From the NCBI RefSeq assembly GCF_964213995.1, contig NW_027590191.1:248001-312000 (forward strand): a DNA stretch of 64,000 nucleotides. Direction: 5' to 3'. How positions within the stretch are numbered: position 1 is the stretch's first letter; each line of letters begins with the position of its first letter. This DNA is from Mustelus asterias. Taxonomy: Eukaryota. A model generated the notes under the pieces. The model was not told the DNA's origin and did no database searches. It saw only the letters and a program-made list of their open reading frames with translations. The translations under genes were made by a program, and so were the position numbers. Shown piece by piece: positions 23,745-36,576 of this stretch.

Positions 23745-24910
23745 CATAGAGTCGTACAGCGCAGTAGGGACGGTTTGGCCCATCGAGTGTACAACAACAA
23801 TAACTGCCACGAACATCCCGCTAATCCCATTTTCTAGCACGTGTCCCATATCCTTGAATGCTATTATGTTTCAAGTGTTCATTCCGATACTTTTTAAAGT
23901 TTGTAACTTTTCTGGCCTCCAATAATACCTTCGCAGGCGCTGTACTGCACATGCCCAACAACCTCTTCGTGAAAACAATACCTGCCGAATCTCGAGCCCC
24001 TTAGCTTAAAACTATGCCCCCTCGTGATTAACATCTCAACAAAGGGGAAGAGACGCTTTCCCTTCACCCTGTACATGAACCTCAAACTTATATGCCACAA
24101 TCAGCCCCCGCACTCCTTCAGCTTTCTCTGCTCAAAGGAAAACAATCCAACCCTATCCACTTCCCCCTTTTCGCTCAAATGCTCCGTCCCAGGAAAAATC
24201 TTGGTGAATCTGCTCTGTTCCCCTGTTAGTGCAATCATATCCTTCCTATAGTGAGCTGGCCAGAACTGCGCACAGTACTCCAGCACTGGCCTAACCACCG
24301 CTCTATACAACACCAACGTTAATTCCTTGCCCTTATATTCTGTGCCACGACTGATAAAAACAAGTGTCCCTTATGCCGTTGTAGCTATCCTATTCAACTG
24401 CTCTGCCACCTTCAGGGATCTGTTTATTAGTATTCCTAATCCACATGTTCCTCTGAGCTTCCTAATGTCCTGCGATTCATGAAATAGTCACCTGTGTTAT
24501 TATTTCTTCCAAAGTGCATCACCTCGCACTTATCAGGTTAATACACCATCTGCCACTGTTCGTTCCATCTGACCAACCTATCGAGATCTTCTTTTAACAT
24601 AGGGTTTTCGTCTTCAATATTAACCACGCCAACAATCTTTGTACCAGCTGCAAACTTCTTACAATTCCCCTCAAATTATTATCTATATTATTTATGCATG
24701 TAACAAACAAAAAGCGTCTCAGCACTGAAACCTCTCGTAGGCCACTGTGCTCTCACCTCCATTAATTAGAACGGACTTCTACCACTACCCTATGTGTCCA
24801 ATTATGAAGACATTTTCCGATCCATCTCGCCCAGTTTCCTGAATTCCAAGTGCTTCTATATTCTCAATCAGTCTCCCTTGTGGGACCTTCTCAGTGCTTT
24901 GCTCGAACAA
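23745..24910 (-). mobile_element. Old degenerate CR1 (RT C-terminus plus 3' UTR)
   Basis: LYRAVVRPVLEYCAQFW, RGHSFKLRG fragments. Confidence 0.8.
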
Positions 24911-25781
24911 AACAAACTACGTCAACTGCACTTCCCTCAGTCACAGGGGAAGCAAGTTAAAAGATGCAACTTGAAAATGGCAAGATTTGACATGTGCGTC
25001 GTGTGTATCATCTGACTCTTCTTCAGAGTTTATTGTCAAAGTTACACCTTTGATTTTTCCAGCTCTGATACAAGTTCATCCAGCTGGAAGATTAACCTTG
25101 TTTCTCCCTTCACAGGCGCTGTGAGTCGTGTTTTCATTAAATGAAGAATTGAACAAAAGATGATTGACTCCATGACTGGAAATTGAACGTGGGGCCACTG
25201 CGCCGAATCCTGGTCATTATGCTCTCAGGGAAGCTGATGTGACACATTGGTAATGAGATGATCATCTCCGTACCCATTGCTTTAATTCAAATAACTTTCC
25301 CTAAAAACATAGTCACAATGAGGAATGATGGGAAGCGTACATGACAGGATTTGAACTTCACTTGGAAAATCTAAATTCATCACATTTCTCCCTGGAACCA
25401 AATGAGAAAATGTTGGAAAACCTCAGCAGGTCAGGTCGCATCTGTAAGGAGAGAAAAGAGCTGTAGCTTCGAATCCAGATGACTCCTTTTCAGAGATTCC
25501 AGCATCCGCAGTAATTTGCTTTTATCCAGAACTTAACCCCTGGGCCGGGAATACAGTCTCACTGTTGCTTATATCGGCAGCCAGTCATTCAGCCGGTGTA
25601 TCCGTATGTTCCCCCTATAGGAGCAACTACACTCCTTGCACACATTCTCCATTACCCCAACAACTGTTTAATTGGCACTGTTCCTCCTCTTTTTTCCTAC
25701 CAGGAACGACACCGCCCACACTGCTACATTCAATCTGAGCTGTTTATCTTCAGCTGCAAGGGCCAAAGCAAACAACAATTC

Positions 25782-25864
25782 TGTCAACGATGGGATTCGA
25801 AGGAACTTTTCTGCAGAAACTAGAGTATTATATCCAGCGCCGTAGACCACTCGGCCACGCTAAA
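25782..25864 (-). pseudogene. tRNA-Leu pseudogene
   Basis: TAGCGTGGCCGAGTGGTCTACGGCGCTGGAT...TTCGAATCCCA; flanks paralogous to 48343. Confidence 0.75.
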
Positions 25865-27137
25865 CAACATGGTAAGCGTGTTATTTACTGATTTTGTTAC
25901 TGAAATACATTAGAAGCAACGGAGCTGGGAAAGGCCATCAGAAGGCTTTAATCTGCTCCTTCACTGAATCTGGTAATCCTGAACTGTGTAACAAATAGAA
26001 TCCATCTCCAGTCTGAAACAAAATGAGCTGCAGTGAAGGGTCGGCACCATTTAAACTACCTTAACCTCGCCTGTTTCCCAATCTCCTGCGAAATGAAAAT
26101 AAAACGTCCTGTTGTATTTGATCACGGTCTTCACTTCAGAAAGGACGGACACGAAGTGAGACTGAGATTTCTCTGTTCTTCCAGGAAATATCCTATATTT
26201 ATTTTCACGGTTCGGACGAGAGCAATAAATCTTCATTTTCTGACCTGCAATTAAAACAGCAGTGAAAGTGTCAAACTCTAACCCCCAGACAAGCATCTTG
26301 CAGCGTGTTTTACAATTTGATTTATCCACGTTCTATTTGTTATTTTGTCATCATCCATAATTGAATGTGTTCAGATAATGACAACAAACGCTCCACTGCA
26401 GTCATCACGTTTGGTTCCGAGGGTGCGACACCGGACATAAATATTTCCAAAGATTGTTCATTACAGAGTGAGATAATTTTCAAAGTTTTATAATTCAGTG
26501 TCAGTATAAACGGTGAAATCTGATCCATTCTCTTCCAGATTTTACCTTGCTTCACCATCGCTGTCCTCAGCGATTTGTAATCTATTACTTTTAGAAGTCT
26601 CACAACAACCAGGTTAAAGTCCAACAGGTTTATTTGGAATCACCAGCTTAGGGAGCGCTGCTTCTTTGAACTATTTATTCCGAATAAAGCTATTGGACTT
26701 TATCCTGGTGTTATTAGATTTATTTCTGTGCCCACCGCACAATGCCAGCAGCTCCAACTCATTACAATCTCTCACTGTTCTTCTCTTTCTGAGTTTGTTC
26801 TTGACATTTCCACCTCTGAAGTAAACTTGCAAACTTCACTCTGCTGATTCTACTGATCTGCTTTACATCAGAGTTTAAATCAGATTACTTTTAACCATTT
26901 GCTGAGAGCAACGATTAACTTCGCAACCAAGGGGAAGAGGTGCTTTCCGTTCACCCTGTCCGTGATCCTCAAAATTGGAAACGGCAAATGATTCTTCTTT
27001 TCCTGAGCGGGAATTGAAAGCAAACATAACCCGGGGATGGGGTGGGGGTGGGGGGGGGGGGCGGCGGGGGTTACTTACACAAACCACTGGACTCCAAGGG
27101 TAACGGGTGAACTGTATTTTTAAACTGACGTACCCTA

Positions 27138-27440
27138 TGGGACGGTGGTGTAGCGTTTGGTACTGCTACCTCACAGTGCGAAAGACAAGCATTCGATGCT
27201 TGGCTTGGATCATTGTCTGTGTGGAGTCTGCACGTTCTTCGTGTTTCTGTGTGGGTTTCCTGCGAATGCTCTGGTTTCTTCCCAGAGTCCAAAGATGCTC
27301 ACGGTATTTGGATTGGTTATGCTGATTCTTCTGCTAATTACCTAAACAGGTAGCCAAGAGTGGTGACCACCGGATTTTCACAGCAACTTCATTGAAATGT
27401 TAATGCAAGCCTTCTTGTCACATGACTAAATAAACTTTAA
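27138..27440 (+). mobile_element. HE1-like SINE variant
   Basis: Same body and TAAATAAACTTT tail as 7700-7995. Confidence 0.65.
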
Positions 27441-27614
27441 AATACATCTCTTTGCTTATTATTTTCATCTCAGATCATTTTCATCAGCGACAAGTATTTC
27501 CTTCAGAATATCCTGTTTAGATGGGACATAATTGGTTCCTTCAGCGAATGACAACACCCACTGTGTTTGCCAGGACATGAAGTCGACAGCGAGGTGAAAT
27601 AGTCTCACAAGTTG

Positions 27615-28025
27615 CTGAAGTTATCGAGGTGTACAAAAGTCTAAAGGGAACTAATGGAATAAACGTCGACCAAATGATTCCTCTATGGGGCAATGTAGAA
27701 CAAGAAGACGCAGGTATAGGTTGAGAGGCGGTGGATTTAAACCTGAAATGAGGAGGAAGTACTTCTCGCAGAGAGTGTTCTCGCAGAGTGGTGAATCTCT
27801 GGAACTCGCTGCCCCAGAGCGTGGTGGGTTCTGAAAGATTGAATGGTTTCAAAAGGAGATAGATATATTTCTGATGTTTCAAAAAATGTTTAAAGGGGAA
27901 AGAAGAACAGATGGGAAAGTAGACTTGAGACCAGGGAGAGATCAGCCATGATCTGATTGAATGACGAAGCAGGTTCGAAGGGCTGAATTTGCCGACTTGA
28001 GCTCCTGATTCCTTTGTTTCTATAT
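27615..28025 (+). mobile_element. Old CR1 3' fragment (shared with duplicated units near 49640 and 62870)
   Basis: AGAGTGGTGAATCTCTGGAAC, GATCAGCCATGATCTGATTGAATG motifs. Confidence 0.6.
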
Positions 28026-28464
28026 TACTGAGTGGAACTTTCAAAACTCAAGACCCACCAACCTCATCAATGTGGCTCCAGTGTAATCTATGTACATTAC
28101 ATCCACCGGTTCCCCTTTATCCACAGCACATGTGTGTCCTGGAAAGAACTTCGGAACGGCCTCATTATGCGGTTAATCGCTTTGTGATTCTCTGTTTCCG
28201 TCATCTCACATCTCCTGACTTCCACCCAACAGGATGTTATGTTTCCTCCCTCCTGCATCTCATTTGCGCAAAACGTTCTACATTTTTAAACATCCCCAGT
28301 TTCAGTGAAAGGGTAGAGAGATGAAAGATAAGCTTTGTTTCTCTGTGCACACACGCTCTCTGACTTTCTGAGCGATTCCAGCATTTTCAACTTTCAATGC
28401 AGATATATGATCTATTTTGGATGACAATGAAAATATAATTATTTTGGCAGATCTCTGCAACGAA

Positions 28465-28554
28465 GGCTCGTTGGTCTAGGGGTATGATTCTCGCTTTGGG
28501 TGTTGAAATTCACAAGCTTGCGAGAGGTCCCGTGTTCAAATCCCGGACAAGCCC
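28465..28554 (+). tRNA. tRNA-Pro(TGG) with 18-nt intron at position 37/38 (28501-28518)
   Basis: GGCTCGTTGGTCTAGGGGTATGATTCTCGCTTTGGG [TGTTGAAATTCACAAGCT] TGCGAGAGGTCCCGTGTTCAAATCCCGGACAAGCCC; spliced form differs from the vertebrate Pro consensus at 2 stem positions; TTTT follows. Confidence 0.85.
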
Positions 28555-29897
28555 ACATTTTGCTTCTGTTGCATATTGGACAAGGTACTGGTTCTGTAAA
28601 TTTATTTTCCTTGCACACGGCGGGATTGCTTCACATGGGCTTTGGGTTGAGAACCTGAGCACAATCTAACACCATAGCAGGCTCACAAGTAAATCGAAAC
28701 ATTTTCAATGGTTGACTCTGCTTGCAGACACGAATTGAGAGGACCTCATTCCTTCAGACGACCTCCCACGTTATGGGAGACTCGGGGGAAATAGCAGGAC
28801 CCCTTGCAGAGATATCTGAATCATCGAAAGCCCAGGTGATCTGCTTGAATACTGGAGGGTGGGAAATGTCGTGCTTCTGTTTAAAAAGGGTTGCAGGGAG
28901 AAGCGTGGGAGCTACAGGTCGCTGAGCCTCACATCTGTAGTGGGTAAGTTGTTCGAAGGCAGTCTGAGAAACAGGATCCGGAGGCATTTAGAGAGGCAAG
29001 GACTGATCAGAATGGCTCTGTGAGTGGAAAATCATGTCTCACGAATTTTTATTGAGTTTTTTGAAAGGGTAACCAAGAAGGTCGATGAGGGCAGTGTAAT
29101 TGATGTTGTCTACATGGACTTTAGTAGGCATTTGACAAGATACCGCATGGCAGGTTGTTGCATCAAGTTAAATCTTACGGTATTCCGCGTGAGGTAGCCA
29201 AATGGATGTAAAACTGGCTTGATGACAGAAGACAGAGGCTGGGTGTAGAGAGTTGCTTTCAAATTGGAGGCCTGTCACCAGCGGTGCGCCTCAGGGTCGG
29301 TCCTGGTTCCACTGTTATGTGTCATTTATTTTAATGATTTTGATGAGCATTTAGCAGGCATGGTTAGTAAGTTTGCAGATGACACCAAGATTGGAGGCAT
29401 TGTGCACAGTGAAGAAGGTTATCGAGGATTGCAGCGGGATCTTGATCAACTGGGCTCGTGGGCTGATGAATGGCAAATGGAGTTTGTTTTAGATGAATGC
29501 GAGGTGATGCATTTTGGTAGATCGAACCAGGACAGGACTTGCTCAATTAATGGACGGGCGTTGGTGAGAGTTTTAGAAAAAAAGATATCTCGGGGTACAG
29601 TTCATCGCTCCTTCAAAGTTTAGTCACAGGTGGAAAGAGTGAGAGAGAAGGCATTCAGCATGCTTGGTTTCATTGGCCAGAACATTGAACACAGCAGTTG
29701 GGAGTCTTGTTGAAGTTGTACAAGACATCGGTAAGGCCACACTTGGAATACTGTGTACAACTCTGGCCACCCTATTATAGAAAGGATATTATTAAACGAG
29801 AAGGAATGCAGAAAAGATTTACTCGGATGATGCCGGGACAGATATTTTGAGTTATAAGGAGAGGATGGATAGCCTTGGACTTTTTTCTCTGGAGCAT

Positions 29898-31626
29898 CAT
29901 AGAATCCCTACAGTACAGAAAGAGGCCATTCGGCCCATCGAGTCTGCACCGCCAACAATCCCACCCAGGCCCTACCCCCATATCCACCCACTAATCCCTC
30001 CAACCTACGCATCTCAGGACACTAAGGGCAATTTTTAGCATGGCCAATCAACCTAACCCGCCCATCTTTGGACTGTGGGAGGAAACCAGAGCACCCGGAG
30101 GAAACCCACGCAAACACGAGGAGAATGTGCAAACTCCACACAGGTCCCGTTATTTAAGAAGGGTAGGGAGGATAACCCGGGTAATTATAGGCCGGTGAGC
30201 TTGACGTCCGTGGTGGGGAAGTTGTTGGAGAAGATTGTTAGAGATAGGATGTATGCACATTTAGAAAGGAATAAACTCATTAACGATAGCCAGCATGGTT
30301 TTGTGAGAGGGAGGTCATGCCTCACTAACCTGGTGGAGTTTTTTGAAGAAGTGACCAAAATGGTTGACGAGGGAAGGGCCGTGGATGTCGTCTATATGGA
30401 CGTTAGTAAAGCGTTTGACAAAGTCCCTCATGGTAGGCTGGTGAAAAAGGTTGGATCTCATGGGATAAAGGGGGAGGTGGCTAGATGGGTGGAGAACTGG
30501 CTTGGTCACAGAAGACAGAGGGTGGTAGTGGAAGGGTCTTTTTCCAGCTGGAGGCCTGTGACTAGTGGTGTTCCGCAGGGCTCTGTATTGGGACCTCTGC
30601 TGTTTGTGATTTATATAAATGATCTGGAAGAAGGTGTAACTGGGGTGATCAGTAAGTTTGCGGACGACACAAAATTGGCAGGAGTTGCAGATAGTAAGGA
30701 GCATTGTCAGAAGCTACAGAAGGATATAGATAGGCTGGAAATTTGGGCAAAGAAATGGCAGATGGAGTTCAATCCTGATGAATGCGAAGTGATGCATTTT
30801 GGTATAAATAATGTAGGGAGGAGCTATATGATAAATGGCAGAACCATAAAGGGTGTAGATACGCAGAGGGACCTGGGTCTGCAAGTCCACAGATCCTTGG
30901 AAGTGACGTCACAGGTGGAGAAGGTGGTGAAGAAGGCATATGGCATGCTTGCCTTTATAGGACTGGGCATAGAGTATAAAAGTTGGGGTCTGATGTTGCA
31001 GATGTATAGAACGTTGGTTCGGCCGCATCTGGAATACTGCGTCCAGTTCTGGTCACCACACTACCAGAAGGACGTGGAGGCTTTGGAGAGAGTACAGAGG
31101 AGGTTTACCAGGATGTTACCTGGTATGGAGGGGCTTAGTTATGAGGAGAGATTGGGTAAACTGGGGTTGTTCTCCCTGGAAAGACGGAGGATGAGGGGAG
31201 ACTTAATAGAGGTGTATAAAATTATGAAAGGCATAGATAGGGTGAACGGTGGGAAGCTTTTCCCCAGGTCGGTGGTGACGTTCACGAGGGGTCATGGGTT
31301 CAAGGTGAAGGGGGGGAGGTTTAACACAGATATCAGACGGACATATTTTACACAGAGGGTGGTGGGGGCCTGGAATGCGCTGCCAGGCAAGGTGGTGGAG
31401 GCGGACACACTGGGAACGTTGAAGACTGATCCAGAAAGCCATATGAACGGAGTGGGAATGGAGGGATACAAAAGAATGGTCCAGTTTGGACCAGGGAGCG
31501 GCGCGGGCTTGGAGGGCCTATTCCTGTGCTGTATTGTTCTTTATCCAGTGACCCAAGCCGGGAATCGAACCCAGGTCGCAGGAGGTGTGAAGCAGCACTG
31601 CTAACCACTGTGCTACCGTGCCACCC
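29898..31626 (-). mobile_element. HE1 SINE split in two (29898-30143 and 31546-31626)
   Basis: Consensus AAACTCCACACAG|(A)CAGTGACCCAAGCCGGGAATCGAACCC interrupted by a CR1. Confidence 0.85.
30144..31545 (+). mobile_element. Young 5'-truncated CR1 with uninterrupted RT frame
   Basis: VPLFKKG, NYRPVSLTS, PQGSVLGP, FADD, RPHLEYC in one open frame (ORF 30075-31604). Confidence 0.92.
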
Positions 31627-32119
31627 TAGTTGAAGACTGAGGTTGTTCTTATAGAGGTCTATAAAATAATGAGGGGCATAGATCAGCTGGATAGTCAATA
31701 TTTTCCCCAAAGGCAGGGGAGTCTAAAACTGGAGGGCATAGGTTTAAGGTGAGAGGGGAGAGATACAAAGTGCCCAGATGGGCAATGTTTTCACACGGAG
31801 GATGGTGAGTGTCTGGACCAAGCTGCCAGATGTCGTAGGAGAGGGGGGTACAGGTTTGTCTTTTATAAAATGTTTAGACAGTTAAATGGGTAAGATGGTT
31901 ATAGAGGAATATGGGCCCAACACAGGCAATTGGGACTAGTTTAGTGTTTAAAAACGTGGCGGCATGGACAATGTGGGGCGAAGGGCCTGTTTCCATGCTG
32001 TAAACTTCCATGACTCTATGCTTGTAATTCGGACAGCTGGCTGTGTGTTTATTATTGTTCATTCGTGGGTTGTGTGTCCATCCCAATCTCTGTCACTATC
32101 TGTCTCACTTTGTCTCGAT

Positions 32120-32352
32120 GTTTCCTCAGGGTGCTCCGGTTTCCCCCCACAGTCCAAAGATGTGCGCGTTAGGTTGATTGGCCAAGCTAAAAATTGCCCT
32201 TAGTCTCCTGGGATGCGTAGGTTAGAGGGATTAGTGGGTAAAATATGTAGGGATATGGGGGTAGAGCCTGGATGGGATTGTGGTCGGTGCAGACTCGATG
32301 GGCCGAATGGCCTCTTTCTGTGCTGTCGGGATTCTAAGATTCTAAGATTCTA
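32120..32352 (+). mobile_element. HE1 SINE 3' part with (ATTCTAAG)n tail
   Basis: GGTCGGTGCAGACTCGATGGGCCGAATGGCC; ATTCTAAG x3. Confidence 0.8.
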
Positions 32353-32869
32353 ACGGTCCCATTGTTTTCTCCCCTCAGTCTCTCTGTCTGTGCATCTCGC
32401 ACTGTTCATTTTTTGCTGTTTTTTCCTGCTGTGTCTGTGTGAGCTAAATTCCCTGGATTGATTTCTGTGATGAGGCAGTTGTCCAGGGAGGAGACATTCA
32501 GTGGGATGAGTCTGTTCTTTCTATAGTTCAGAATAACCAGAAGTAATCTGATTATAAATTCTGAAACTGGGAGACAGTTTTACAGTGTACATACCAAGAC
32601 GTTGATTCCACCCAGCCGGGGTACTTGGAACAAAAATATTAAGGTGAAACATGTAAGAGGAGTTTGCTTTGTTAGGATGGAGATGAAACTAAGAAGTGGA
32701 GGATGTGAATGAAATTATTGATGATTGAGAGGAATACATTGAAACCTTGGGGATTATGTCGGTCGATTAATTGTAAACTTTTTAATCAGAATAAACTGAG
32801 ACAACAAATGGACAAAAAACAGGCTAGTCTTCACATATTTTAGGATATGGAGTGCCGCTTCTTCCATGT

Positions 32870-32933
32870 TCCTGGCTAGCTCAGTCGGTAAAACATGAAG
32901 CTTTAATTTCAGGGTTTGAGCCCCAGTTAGGTG
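32870..32933 (+). pseudogene. tRNA-Lys pseudogene
   Basis: CCTGGCTAGCTCAGTCGGTA; internal deletion; flanks paralogous to 333-405. Confidence 0.7.
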
Positions 32934-34304
32934 TCATTACTTTTAAACTTTGCTGCTTTCCTGGGTGAACTCCAGCTCCACTTTCCCCCGGCAGTGTCAA
33001 CGCTGAAACTGAGACTTTCTCCATCCCACTTTGTTCACATCACATTTATTGCTTTCTGCTTTAAAGTTATCTCTGTTGCCCTGCAAGTCGACGAGTTTAG
33101 TGCTTTATTCAGCGAGAAGGATTCTTCTAATTTTGCGCCAAATTTGAAACCAAATCTGGGATATTGTGTCAGTGGAAACAATAATGATTCCCGTTGTCAT
33201 TCAATCACTCCAGCCTTTCATTTTATCGTAAGGACGTTTGATCTTTCCTCCTCTCATCATCTGTTTTCCTTGACTCTGTTTTTGTTTGTAAACCATTAAA
33301 TCTCTAATTTCTTCCAGTTTTATCCCACATTGTATCTGTTTCTCTGCATCTCCGTCGGTTACAGGACCACAACTATTTTTCCAAGTATTCTATTTTTAAA
33401 ACCAATGGAGGGTTCTGCCTCATCACAGCTCAGGCTGTGAGTTCTATAAGCCACCGCCTGGGTGAAATGCATTACTGAACCACTCCCTCTAATCCTGCCA
33501 TTAATTCTGTTACATTCAATAGTTTAATTTCCTGTGACTCTGTTGGTAACGATTTTGGAATGTCATTCGGCCAAATTGTATTACTGCCACTTGAACACAA
33601 CAATATAGGTTAAAACTCCCGCAATAACTGAGAGTTTCCTGCACTGACGGATATTTTAAACTGATGTCCCCTCTGTCCCATCAGATGTTGATGGAATATC
33701 CCATAAAGGAATATTTGTTCGGCTGCAATGATAAACGTTTTCCATTTACTCCCAGTGAAGTTGGGCGGGGGGGAGGGGGGGGCGGCGGGGGGGGGGGGCG
33801 GTGGCGTGGGGGGGGGGGGGGGTTAGGTGTGGGGAGGGGGAGGGGCGGAGGGGGGTAGTTTTCAGTGACAGCTTCAGTGTATTGATAAACAGAGCCAATC
33901 GAGTTGCGCAGAGACACAATGCAATTCCAATGAAAGAACATAGACTGGAAATGTAAACACTGTTTCGCTCTTCACAGACGCACTCAGATTGGCTGAAAGT
34001 TCCAGGATTTACTGCTTTTATTGCAATGTAAATCATCTGCAGCAGGATAACTGTGTTTAATTGGTGAGTTCCCGCAATAAGGAATTATTGCAAAGAAAGC
34101 TCTGAGATCCCCCTGTGAGCTGAAAACTGACTGGTAAAATCAAAGTGTGAATAAGGTCATTAGCAGCTGACAGTGAAAAGGGATTCACTCGGTCATCCCA
34201 TTCACTGATACAATAGCAGAGTCACACTGGGGAAGGACCATTCAAATACTTCACGGTTGTGATCGGATTCACACCAGGGCTGGTTCTGACCCGGGATTTC
34301 TTAG

Positions 34305-34990
34305 TATCATCGAATAATACAGCGCAGAGGAGGCCCTTTGGCCGATCGAGTCCACACCACCACATTAGAAACACCCGAACTGCCACCTAATCCCATCTGC
34401 CAGCATTGGACCATAGCCCTGAATGTTATGGTGTGTCAAGTGCTCATCCAGATACTTCTTAAAGGATGTGAAGCAATCCGCCTCTACAGCCTCCCATGCA
34501 GCGGATTTCAAACCGTCACCACCCTCTGGTTAAGAAAGGAAATCCTCAGATCCATCCTATGCCTCATCTTAACCCCGTGTCCTCTTGTGGCTGACCATTC
34601 AGCTCAGAGGAACAGCTGTTCCTTGTCCACTGTTTCCATGTCCCTGTTAATTATAAGGACCATGGCGAGAGTACACAGGAATCAACTTTTCCATTTGGTG
34701 GAGAGACCAATGACTAGGAGTGAAGATTTGATGTAATTGGCACGAGGTTTAGTGGGGATGCGATGAAAACAACTTTTCCCCCAGAGGGTGATGGGAGGCT
34801 GGAAATCACTAGCTGAAAGGATGGCGGGGCAGAGACCTTCTTAACATTGAAGACATATTCCGATATGCACTGTGAAGCTAAAGCACATACGGCACTGGAC
34901 CAAGTGCTGGAACATGGGATTAGAATTGAGAGACGATTTTGACTGGTGGGGACGCGATGGGCCGAAGGGACGTTTCTGTGTGATTTATGA
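34305..34990. mobile_element. Two CR1 3'-end fragments in opposite orientation
   Basis: Minus fragment about 34305-34650 and plus fragment about 34655-34990, each ending in a GGCC hairpin. Confidence 0.55.
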
Positions 34991-35866
34991 CTGGGCATTT
35001 GCCCCTGTGAAAAATGACTCTTTCTGGACACTGAAGCCAACGATCTGAGTTCAAATCTTGGTGAAACCTTGCTTTTCTTTGCTGAAGCCGACATTTTATT
35101 TCAAAGGCTCAGAAAGTGGAATTCGGAACATTGAAATGTTTTCAGCAAATTCCACCGCAAATACATTGCAGACGATGCAGTGAATGTGTCTCCTGGCGCC
35201 ATTGCATCATCCCCAGAGGACGATTGCTCAAGAATACAAAGGGCTCAGAGGCAGAGGTGCCACAGAAAGCAGGGGGTCCACCTACAGATGTTATTGACTC
35301 ACTTATCTGTCCCAATTTACATAAGAGGTGGGACGGCGACAGTCCAGAGTGCTAACCGTTACACCATGGAAACGACAGCACTCTGACCTAAAACACTAGA
35401 CCATTCTTCCAACTCAGACACACACACACACTTGCACAATAATTGTCTGTCTCCAGTTGAATAGTTGTTGTTATGTGACATCAGCTGCCCCTTTCTTTGA
35501 ACAGACGAGTTAAAGAGAAGAGAAAAGACTTTAAAAAACACTGATGTTGCAGGCATCTGTCGCCAGAGGCTCAGCAATGTGCAATGTAATAGAAGTTAAA
35601 CTGGCTGACAATTTGTCCTCTCGCTTCGTACTTGGTGAAAAATTTAAACGAAATTTCCTTCAGTAAACCAATCATCAGCTTTTGGAAAGAAATCAAGAAT
35701 CCGCCTCTGGATCCAGAGTGCTCACCATTCGACCAGAGCACATAGAACAGAGCAGCCAGATGCTAATTCTCACTCAAAGCATTTCACCCACTTGGTGTTG
35801 CTGCCATATTGAATGAAAGAGGTCACATGCTTTGAGTGACCATTTGCAGCTGACTGCTGTGCTCCT

Positions 35867-35938
35867 GGATCTGTGGTGTAATGGCGAGCACTCTGGACTC
35901 TGAATCCAGCGATCCGAATTTAGATCTCGGTGTAACCT
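35867..35938 (+). pseudogene. tRNA-Gln(CTG) pseudogene
   Basis: CTGGACTCTGAATCCAG arm intact; B box (AATTTAGATC) and acceptor stem damaged. Confidence 0.8.
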
Positions 35939-36106
35939 TGCTTTTCTTTGCCAAAGCCGATGAAGGGTTTGCTGAAGGGCATTTTATTTAAAATTCTCAG
36001 AAAGTGGTATTTTAAACACTGCAGACGATGCAGCGAATGATTCTGCTGGTGTCATTGCCTCAACCCGAGAGAACGATTGCTCAAGAATACAAAACGCTCA
36101 GACACA

Positions 36107-36413
36107 GAATCATTGAATCCCTCCTGTGCAGACGGGAGCCATTCGGTCCATCGAGCCTGCACCGGCAACAATCCCACCCAGGCTCGATCCCCGTAACCCC
36201 ACGTATTTGCCCTGTTCGTCCCTCTGATGCTATGGACAATTTAGCATGGCCAATCACCCGAAGCCGCACATCATTGGATTGTCCGCCGGGTGCTCGTTTT
36301 CCTTCCACAAGGGGAGAAAGTGCAAACTGCACATAGACAGACACCCGAAGACAGAACTGAACCCCGGTTCCTGGCACTGTGAGGCAGCAGTGCTAACCAC
36401 TGTGCCACCGTGC
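36107..36413 (-). mobile_element. HE1 SINE
   Basis: GGCACGGTGGCACAGTGGTTAGCACTGCTGCCTCACAG head and CR1-like tail. Confidence 0.8.
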
Positions 36414-36505
36414 CAGAAAAGCCACATAGGTCAGGGTTCCCCTAGCAAAACCATTCATTGAATCACTTGTCCCAAGTTAAACAAGAGTTGGGATGATGAG
36501 CATAC

Positions 36506-36576
36506 TGGTTCCCCGAGATTCAAACTCGGATTGCTGGATTAAGAAACCAGAGTGCTAACCGTTACACCATGGAACC
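36506..36576 (-). pseudogene. tRNA-Gln-body pseudogene (anticodon position reads CTT)
   Basis: GGTTCCATGGTGTAACGGTTAGCACTCTGGTTTCTTAATCCAG... Confidence 0.75.

Larger units (their letters stand above)
28760..32020 (+). mobile_element. Old CR1 copy, split at about 29897/31627 by a nested SINE and CR1
   Basis: Degenerate RT (GSVL, SKFADDTKIGG) up to GLFSLE, resuming at 31627 through the 3' UTR. Confidence 0.8.

Noticed and set aside
30075-31604. 509-aa ORF as a cellular gene
   Set aside because: 5'-truncated CR1 RT read through from and into antisense SINE sequence; start codon is GTG
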